Source: a virus. Taken from it: a DNA stretch of 43,736 nucleotides. The stretch lies in the UHGV virus genome UHGV-0197631; one strand, given 5' to 3'. Numbering within the stretch: position 1 is the first letter of the stretch; the number at the start of each line of letters is the position of its first letter. A model generated the notes under the pieces. That model was not told the origin of the DNA and did no database searches. It was given only the letters and a program-made list of their open reading frames with translations. The translations under genes and the position numbers were made by a program. Below are positions 36,735-43,736 of this stretch, piece by piece.

Positions 36735-37571
36735 GTGGCTAACGAAAATACCGAGTACGAGAAACTTACCCAAGAGATCTACCAGGCCATATGCAATGCT
36801 GAGGGAGTTAAGAATTTATCAGTTCAGCATAATGTAAAAGTCCCAGGAAAATCTGGCTGTAACCACCAGATAGATGTTTACTGGGAATTTGAAATAATGG
36901 GTGTAACACACCGCGTGGCCATCGAATGTAAAAACTATTCAAGCGAAGTTTCTGTTGGGAAAGTACGCGACTTTTTCGGTGTACTACATGATATCAGTAA
37001 TGTGAATGGTATTTTCGTGACCAAAGTTGGTTACCAAAGTGGAGCTGTAAAATTTGCCAATCACTACGGTATCAATCTGAAAGAAATACGATTCCCAACA
37101 GCAACAGACTGGAAAGGAAGAGTAAAAGATATTGTCATAACAATCACTGCGTTCTTTGCTAATATCAAAGAGCGAAACATTCATTTTGATTTTGAGTGGA
37201 TCCGTGAAAACACAAATGTGAAAGAAGGAGATCGCCTAGTACTTTCAGGCATGGCTGATGAGATAAAAATAGTTGATGCGAATGGAGAACTAATCACAAC
37301 CCTATACGACATTGAAAATGAACTCCCGCGAGATGTTGAGATAATTGATAAAACCTTTGAAAAAAAATTCAATGAGGCATTCATTACTACTCCATCTGGC
37401 GATAAATTTAAAATTTACGGGATCAGCTATTTGTACGATGTTGTTTCTGAATCTGAAACATCGATTAGCGAAGGCGATTTGATTGCTCGTGCAATACTCA
37501 AAGATGTCGGTTCGGGAGCAATAAAATTCTTTGACCAAAGCGGGAATATTCGTGATGTTCGGGATGTGTAA
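36735..37571 (+). CDS. Mrr-like PD-(D/E)xK nuclease domain protein with uncharacterised C-terminal domain
   Basis: GTG start with AGGAGA Shine-Dalgarno; N-terminal QIDVYWEF...VAIECKNY (D...ExK) with Mrr-type context; ~150 aa C-terminal region of no recognisable family; AT-rich. Confidence 0.5.
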   Translation: MANENTEYEKLTQEIYQAICNAEGVKNLSVQHNVKVPGKSGCNHQIDVYWEFEIMGVTHRVAIECKNYSSEVSVGKVRDFFGVLHDISNVNGIFVTKVGYQSGAVKFANHYGINLKEIRFPTATDWKGRVKDIVITITAFFANIKERNIHFDFEWIRENTNVKEGDRLVLSGMADEIKIVDANGELITTLYDIENELPRDVEIIDKTFEKKFNEAFITTPSGDKFKIYGISYLYDVVSESETSISEGDLIARAILKDVGSGAIKFFDQSGNIRDVRDV

Positions 37572-37839
37572 CTAAATATATCAAGTGAAGTTATTCGTAA
37601 TGTGAACAGCCATGACTTTCGTGGCTATTTTCATTGCAGGTAAAAAACTTACTTCAGCTTCTCGCGCAAAGCTGTTCTTGATGTCTCCGAGACTGTCCGC
37701 CCCCTGCCAAAAGCTGACATTGCCAACATCGAAGGACATTGCTCTATGAGGCGCAGGTCAAACGCATTACAGGATCTTAGTGAGCAGGTTTCGGCATTCA
37801 AAAAATAAAGGCAAGGTGGAAACCACCATGCCTATTAAA

Positions 37840-38868
37840 CTAAGCGTTATCTATGTATTTCAATGCATAGCTTTCGAAGCTGTTTATTTTATTAAAATAA
37901 TCAGGAATAAATGCATGGACAAATGTATCAAGGTCAGTATTAATCGTGTTTGTATTGATTAATTCAATCATGTGTTCAGGTTCGCTGTCCAAAAAGAGAA
38001 TTGCAAGTATGAGACCGAACTTTGGTGCTATTTCTCTAAATATCAAATAAGTAAGTTCACCGTAAGGCTTCACGCTTTCATTCAAAATGCCAGAGATATA
38101 CTCCCTGCCATTCATGCCGCGTTTATTATAGGAATCTATAATTTCGTAAAAATCGCTGCCATCGATATCAACTTCAGGGTCAAAATCATTGAGTGATACA
38201 TCGTTGTTTAGACAATATCTTACTGTTGAAATACACAAGTAAAGAAAAAGAAGGGTTCCCAGACTACCTTGGCGTTTTACTGGATTTCCGGACTCTGATA
38301 GGTATCGATATTGGCAATAGTACGCAATGGTTTCACACAAACTAATATGACGTATCAAGAGACTATCATCATTACAAGCGCGTGATATACTAAAATCAGC
38401 GGCATGACCGAGTTCATGCACAAAGAGGTCTGTAGATGTCACTCCAAATGGATCATCTTGAGTAAAAATGAAATGTTCATCATCTCTGTTGGAAATACAA
38501 AAACCCTCAGAACTTTTTCTGATTTGATTCTCAATATGAAGCCACTCAACCTTGTTCAGATTAACTTTTAGGCAATTCTCAACAAAATCGCGCGCTACAT
38601 TAAATTCACGCTCTGAAATAGGATTGCCTAATGAAGATGGGTCAGTGGAACTCAAACGCTTCAGAAATTCAGAAGAAAAATATAAAGGCGAAACCAGATC
38701 AACAAGAGCCGTGACTGAATTCAGGAGTTTATTGTGCACATCCCCTACAATTTCTTCGCCAGTCCTGTGTAATGCCTCATCAAATTCCTGGAAAGAGTTT
38801 CCATTTTTAGTAGCAATCACGCATTGCGTTTCAAGTTCATAGTATTTTTTTCGCAGTATTGAATGCAT
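37840..38868 (-). CDS. HExxH motif protein (putative metallopeptidase-like), unknown function
   Basis: Single HExxH (VHELGHAAD) in 342 aa; AT-rich; convergent with the Mrr-like gene. Confidence 0.4.
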   Translation of the reverse strand: MHSILRKKYYELETQCVIATKNGNSFQEFDEALHRTGEEIVGDVHNKLLNSVTALVDLVSPLYFSSEFLKRLSSTDPSSLGNPISEREFNVARDFVENCLKVNLNKVEWLHIENQIRKSSEGFCISNRDDEHFIFTQDDPFGVTSTDLFVHELGHAADFSISRACNDDSLLIRHISLCETIAYYCQYRYLSESGNPVKRQGSLGTLLFLYLCISTVRYCLNNDVSLNDFDPEVDIDGSDFYEIIDSYNKRGMNGREYISGILNESVKPYGELTYLIFREIAPKFGLILAILFLDSEPEHMIELINTNTINTDLDTFVHAFIPDYFNKINSFESYALKYIDNA

Positions 38869-39387
38869 AATTCTCACCAAATATAAATTAAGTATATTAT
38901 TTAAGAACGATATCCTTCTTTTGCAGAATCACTATATCATCTTCTTTCTTACTTTGGCAGGTTTAACAATCCGTCTGTAATGTCTAGCATTCTAAATGCG
39001 TTCTATGCCTTTAATGTACCCCTGCTGTCGATGTTATATCACCTTGCTTTTCGGTGTACCGGTAGCGTGATAAGATGCGTATTGAATCATTGACACTGAT
39101 TGATGTAGAACTAGACATCAACTCAACATAAGTTAAATTTTCCCGTCAGAAACGGCCTGCTCGACATTTATTAAAAAAGGCAATATTTGTCCTTTATCAA
39201 CTCAGTTGTTAGCAAAAGTCCGAACCTCCGCTCATCGCTCGAAGCGGTCTGTTGATGTTTACTGTGAAACAGGCAGATTCGTGCAAGTAGCGGACAATGT
39301 AAGAAAAAATAACGGGTCGGACTAACCTTGCGAAGGCTTTCTAAGTCTGTCTGCAAACATCTCTTCAAAAGGCTGAGGCCCTTATTG

Positions 39388-39678
39388 GGTAATGACTCCA
39401 ACTTACTGATAGTGTTTTATGTTCAGATAATGCCCGATGACCTTGTAATGCAGCTCCACCGATTTTGAGAACGACAGTGACTTCCGTCCCAGCCTTGCCA
39501 GATGTTGTCTCAGATTCAGGTTATGTCGCTCAATGCGCTGAGTGTAACGCTTGCTGATAACGTGCAGCTTTCCCTTCAGGCGTGATTCATACAGCGGCCA
39601 GCCATCCGTCATCCATACCACGACCTCAAAGGCCGACAGCAGGCCCAGAAGACGCTCCAGCGTGGCCAACGTGCGTTA
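39388..39678 (-). mobile_element. IS1 remnant (terminal inverted repeat plus 3' end of insB)
   Basis: Begins with IS1 terminal repeat GGTAATGACTCCAACTTA...; encodes the InsB C-terminus ([66 protein letters not shown]); similarity stops near 39678. Confidence 0.8.
39403..39669 (-). pseudogene. insB: insB C-terminal fragment of IS1
   Basis: 88-codon ORF matching the InsB C-terminus from memory; N-terminal part of the transposase absent. Confidence 0.75.
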
Positions 39679-39773
39679 CCTAACAATAAACCTGTTTAAA
39701 TATCCAGATAAAAACATTCAATCTGGGTCAAATGAGTGATACAGTTTCACCCATAAGACCCAATGGAGGCAAT

Positions 39774-41207
39774 ATGTCTGAATTTGAATTACTGGCGCAG
39801 GATCTGCTTGAGAAAGCAGAAGCGGAAGAACAACTGCGACAGGAAAATGATAAAAAGCTGCTCGGGCAGGTGCTGGAAATCTATGACCAGAAGTACGTGG
39901 CTGAACTGCTTAGAAAAGTTGGTAAAAATGAGTGGAGTCGCGAGACTCTTAATCGCTGGATTAATGGTAAGTGCTCACCTAAGACGCTGACGTTAGCCGA
40001 AGAGGAACTTCTACGAAAAATGCTTCCGGAAGCGCCTGCACATCACCCTGACTATGCCTTCCGGTTTATTGACCTGTTTGCTGGGATTGGAGGTATACGG
40101 AAGGGCTTCGAAACCATCGGTGGCCAGTGCGTTTTTACCAGTGAATGGAATAAAGAGGCTGTGCGCACATATAAAGCTAACTGGTTTAACGATGCTCAGG
40201 AACACACTTTCAATCTCGATATTCGGGAAGTCACGCTCAGTGATAAACCTGAAGTACCTGAAAACGATGCCTATGCTTACATTAATGAGCATGTGCCGGA
40301 TCATGATGTACTTCTAGCAGGTTTCCCCTGTCAACCGTTCAGCCTTGCGGGCGTAAGCAAGAAAAACTCGCTCGGGCGCGCGCATGGTTTCGAATGTGAG
40401 GCTCAGGGAACGCTTTTCTTCGATGTGGCGCGTATTATACGCGCAAAAAAACCTGCCATCTTTGTTCTTGAAAACGTTAAAAACCTGAAGAGCCATGACA
40501 AGGGTAAAACCTTTAAAGTCATCATGGATACCCTCGACGAACTGGGCTATGAAGTTGCGGATGCAGCTGAGATGGGCAAAAACGATCCTAAAGTTATCGA
40601 CGGAAAGCACTTTTTACCTCAGCACCGAGAACGTATCGTTTTGGTCGGTTTCCGTCGTGATCTGAACATTCACCAGGGCTTTACCCTGCGCGATATTAGT
40701 CGTTTTTATCCGGAACAGCGTCCGTCATTTGGCGAACTGCTGGAACCCGTGGTTGACAGCAAATATATACTGACGCCGAAACTCTGGGAGTATCTCTATA
40801 ACTACGCCAAAAAGCACGCAGCTAAGGGTAACGGATTCGGTTTTGGCCTCGTTAATCCTGAAAATAAAGAAAGCATTGCCCGTACGCTTTCTGCTCGCTA
40901 TCACAAAGACGGGTCTGAAATTCTGATAGACCGTGGCTGGGATATGGCCACAGGTGAAACAGACTTCGCGAACGAAGAAAATCAGGCGCATCGGCCCCGC
41001 AGGCTGACTCCACGAGAGTGCGCGCGCCTTATGGGTTTTGAAAAAGTAGATGGCAGGCCTTTTCGCATTCCTGTGTCAGACACTCAGTCGTACAGGCAGT
41101 TCGGTAACTCCGTAGTGGTGCCCGTGTTTGAAGCCGTAGCCAAACTGCTTGAACCTTATATCCTGAAAGCGGTTAATGCCGATTCGTGCAAGGTTGAACG
41201 AATCTGA
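39774..41207 (+). CDS. ecoRIIM: EcoRII-type DNA (cytosine-5)-methyltransferase (Dcm-like, CCWGG specificity inferred)
   Basis: From [12 protein letters not shown] with GGAGG Shine-Dalgarno; motifs FAGIGG, PCQPFS, ENV; collinear with E. coli Dcm and with M.EcoRII as I recall it. Confidence 0.85.
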
Positions 41208-41212
41208 TCGCT

Positions 41213-41236
41213 CCTCCCGGTATTTATGCCGGGAGA
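41213..41236. terminator. bidirectional hairpin between convergent ecoRIIM and ecoRIIR
   Basis: TCCCGG tatttatg CCGGGA stem-loop in the 33-nt gap between the two stops. Confidence 0.45.
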
Positions 41237-41240
41237 TAAT

Positions 41241-42449
41241 CTATGGAATATCTGCGTAAAGCCCTGTCAGCTCAGCAATAAACGCACCTAGCGTCATTAG
41301 CTCAGCTCTCACCGCCTCCGGGTATTTTTTGTGCAGCGATGATGGCACGACCAATCTGACACCCGACTCCCGCATCTCCCGATATTGAGCCAGAGAAACT
41401 CCCTCTTGGAGTGTAAACAGATGCACCTGATGAATTTTATCGGCCTCATTCAGTATCTGACGCCAGCGATCCTTACAGGTAGTCTTGACTGCCAGCATGC
41501 GCAGATTTTCTACGGGAAACTCAGTATCGTGGTAAGCCCCTGCGGAAGGGAAAAGGAAATCGGGTTTTTTATTACCTTCTGTGATGGCCTGCGTCGCAAA
41601 GTGTCGCAGGCCGTGCTCAATGAATAGATGCTCCAGGTGCAGTTCCAGCGACTTCCCGGCTCTGGATTTACGGCGATTGCTGACAGAATTGGCCAGCGCA
41701 ATAAATTCATCCACAGAGCCAAATCCTTTCCGGATGATATCCAGAACATGCAGTTCCTCAACCAATAGAAATATGTCGTACTCCACGCGCCGGCGGTCAA
41801 GAAGTTGCTCATCCGGATCAAGGGAATTTTTCACATAATGGCTGGCTGCATACTGAATAATTTCACTTCCCGACGGAAAGCGCAGGTGCCAGTCTTCAGG
41901 TAGAATATATTTATGATTTACTGGCGCTTGCTGTAGAGATAGTCCGCCTAGAATCTGTCCTGCGGGGCCGGATATAAGCGCTCCGGGTATAACTTCACCA
42001 ATAGCGGTCTCAATGACGTCCTCTTCATCAGTGCTGGCGCATACCCAAATATTTACTTCCTTACAGTCCCCCCCTTGCTCATCAAGCTTGAAAGCCAGGA
42101 GCGTCAGAGCCCCTGTATTTTCAGGATTCTGAAGTGGGCTGCCTCTACCCCAGCGGGTAATCCTTTTTTCATTCCGGGTTTTACCAAAATGACGGCTGTT
42201 ATAATAAATTGCCCGGGCTTCGCTGTCAGGGCAATCATGCGATGACACATGTGCGGTGAGAAAAACCGAAGGGTTCAGTTCACGGGTATGGTTGATAGAC
42301 GGAAAGAGTTTTTCAACGATACCTGAAGGGATATAAAGCCCTACCTGGTGACCACCTGTTGCGCCGGTATCGTTGGCGGAAAGGCGTTTGATGTAGACGA
42401 AGTAATTCTCACATGCGATCTCAAGTAGCCAGTTGTGGAAAACCGACAT
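41241..42449 (-). CDS. ecoRIIR: EcoRII-type restriction endonuclease
   Basis: 402 aa from MSVFHNWLLEIACENYFVYIKRLSANDTGATGGHQVGLYIP, matching my recollection of R.EcoRII; GGGG Shine-Dalgarno 6 nt upstream of ATG 42449; convergent with the methyltransferase as in the EcoRII system. Confidence 0.85.
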   Translation of the reverse strand: MSVFHNWLLEIACENYFVYIKRLSANDTGATGGHQVGLYIPSGIVEKLFPSINHTRELNPSVFLTAHVSSHDCPDSEARAIYYNSRHFGKTRNEKRITRWGRGSPLQNPENTGALTLLAFKLDEQGGDCKEVNIWVCASTDEEDVIETAIGEVIPGALISGPAGQILGGLSLQQAPVNHKYILPEDWHLRFPSGSEIIQYAASHYVKNSLDPDEQLLDRRRVEYDIFLLVEELHVLDIIRKGFGSVDEFIALANSVSNRRKSRAGKSLELHLEHLFIEHGLRHFATQAITEGNKKPDFLFPSAGAYHDTEFPVENLRMLAVKTTCKDRWRQILNEADKIHQVHLFTLQEGVSLAQYREMRESGVRLVVPSSLHKKYPEAVRAELMTLGAFIAELTGLYADIP

Positions 42450-42607
42450 AAGCATCCCCTGTTACCCTGAAACTCTACTCACCATTTTTTCATGATTATA
42501 TACAAACAGCCAGAAAGGCTGTTACAGACGATTTGATCTGCAACCTATTGGTTAAATTAATGTATCAAAAACGATGGTTTTTGTGACAGTCTTGAAAAGT
42601 CCTGACT

Positions 42608-42632
42608 TGTCATTTTCAGAAGACGACTGCAC
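42608..42632. repeat. Tn402/Tn5053-family 25-bp terminal inverted repeat (IRt-like)
   Basis: TGTCATTTTCAGAAGACGACTGCAC, close to the remembered IRt of Tn402/class 1 integrons; coincides with an abrupt rise in GC content. Confidence 0.55.
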
Positions 42633-42750
42633 CAATTGACGGGGCGTAACGCCAGGTGTGCAGTCGGCTCCTGACCACGCAATATCAGAAGTCATCTGCA
42701 CCAATCTCGACTATGCTCAATACTCGTGTGCACCAAAGCGAGGTGTGAGC

Positions 42751-43233
42751 ATGGCGTCAGACACATTACCAATTGCCGAGCAGGGCGTGGCCACCCTGCC
42801 CGATGCGGCATGGGCACAGGCCCGGCACCGGACCGAAATCATCGGGCCGCTGGCAGCGCTTGAAGTGGTTGGGCATGAAGCCGCCGATGCCGCTGCTCAA
42901 GCGCTGGGCCTATCCAGGCGGCAGGTGTATGTCCTGATCCGGCGTGCCCGGCAAGGTGCTGGGTTTGTGACGGACCTGGTTCCCGGCCAGTCCGGCGGCG
43001 GAAAAGGCAAGGGACGCTTGCCGGAATCAGTTGAGCGCATCATCCGCGAGTTGCTGCAAAAGCGCTTCCTGACCAAGCAGAAGCGTAGCCTGGCGGCGTT
43101 CCACCGCGAGGTCGCGCAGGCTTGCAAAGCGCAAAAGCTACGGGTGCCGGCGCGCAACACTTTGGCCCTGCGGATCGCCGGCCTCGACCCGCTCAAGGCC
43201 ACTCGCCGCCGGGAAGGGGTCGGTTCCGGCTGA
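42751..43233 (+). pseudogene. tniA: tniA (Tn402/Tn5053-family transposase), truncated after ~160 codons
   Basis: N-terminus IAEQGVATLPDAAWAQARHRTEIIGPLAA...GLSRRQVYVLIRRARQGAGFVTDLVPGQSGGGKGKGRLPE matches TniA from memory; reading frame ends at the inserted Tn3-family inverted repeat. Confidence 0.65.
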
Positions 43234-43253
43234 GGGCGAAATGACACCCTAAG
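43216..43253. repeat. 38-bp terminal inverted repeat of a Tn3-family transposon
   Basis: GGGGTCGGTTCCGGCTGAGGGCGAAATGACACCCTAAG: starts GGGG, ends TAAG, and contains the tnpA stop codon, as in Tn3/Tn21-family ends. Confidence 0.55.
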
Positions 43254-43736
43254 CTTTCGGTTCCTTGGGCCAAAGATATTCGCCAGTCAGTAGAATGTGC
43301 GCCCAGCCCAATGGGGATATGTGGGGAAGAAATTCAGGGGGAACATCCAACCCTTCGTTCCGCCGCTCCGTGACGGCATGACCAAGATGGACGGTATTCC
43401 AGTAAATGATCACCGCAGTCAATAAATTGAGCCCAGCGATTCGGTAGTGCTGCCCCTCTGTCGTGCGATCGCGAATTTCCCCCTGCCTCCCGATACGGAG
43501 CGCATTTTTGAGCGCATGGTGGGCCTCTCCCTTGTTAAGACCGATCTGAGCACGCCGCTGCATGTCCGTATCCAGGATCCACTCAATAATGAAAAGGGTC
43601 CGTTCAATACGACCAACTTCACGAAGCGCAACTGCAAGGTTGTTTTGTCGTGGGTAAGAAGCGAGCTTGCGCAGGAGTTGGCTGGGCCTGATTTTGCCAG
43701 CGGTCATCGTCGCGGCACAACGGAAAATATCAGGCC
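43249..43736 (-). CDS. tnpA: Tn3-family transposase TnpA, C-terminal part (gene continues beyond window end)
   Basis: C-terminal region (LLTAVIIYWNTVHLGHAVTERR...HISPLGWAHILLTGEYLW) typical of Tn3-family TnpA; stop lies inside the 38-bp repeat. Confidence 0.65.
   Translation of the reverse strand, partial: PDIFRCAATMTAGKIRPSQLLRKLASYPRQNNLAVALREVGRIERTLFIIEWILDTDMQRRAQIGLNKGEAHHALKNALRIGRQGEIRDRTTEGQHYRIAGLNLLTAVIIYWNTVHLGHAVTERRNEGLDVPPEFLPHISPLGWAHILLTGEYLWPKEPKA

Noticed and set aside
39171-39401. 76-aa ORF next to the IS1 remnant
   Set aside because: No ribosome-binding site or recognisable features; it runs into the IS1 terminal repeat, so more likely a chance ORF in a junction region.
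1-43736. CRISPR array or cas genes
   Set aside because: No regularly spaced direct repeats with unique spacers were seen; the only tandem repeats are the iterons at 21255-21415, which are inside a coding sequence and lack spacer structure.

Overview
The window is an Enterobacteriaceae (E. coli-like) accessory region made of two integrative elements abutting a 49-nt 3' fragment of tRNA-Thr(CGU) (att core, 29752-29800). All calls are from reading the sequence and ORF translations against remembered protein families; no database search was run. LEFT (1-29737): a lambdoid prophage in reverse lambda-map order: Mu-like contractile tail module (DNA circulation protein, tape measure, frameshifted chaperone pair, tube, sheath), HK97-type head module (capsid, prohead protease, portal), terminase, putative cos, HNH endonuclease, an AT-rich moron, lysis cassette (Rz/Rz1, lambda R-like endolysin, holin), Q antiterminator, nin-like region (DUF968, KilA-N, RusA, Dam-like methyltransferase), replication initiator with internal iterons, cro, operators, cI, a two-gene module in the rexAB-equivalent position, PL-side accessory genes (YfdP/Q/R/S/T-like block with an HD-domain protein), xis and int. 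RIGHT (29801-43736): a P4/CP4-57-like integrative island (int, AlpA, DUF3987, Gp2-family) with a defence cargo: m5C methyltransferase + HNH endonuclease, an Mrr-like PD-(D/E)xK nuclease fusion, an HExxH protein, an IS1 remnant, the EcoRII R-M pair, then a Tn402-family IRt and tniA truncated by a Tn3-family transposon end. The best candidates for undescribed biology are the convergent nuclease/HExxH pair (36735-38868), the cI-linked two-gene module (23726-24425) and a GC-rich structured non-coding element (25340-25754).
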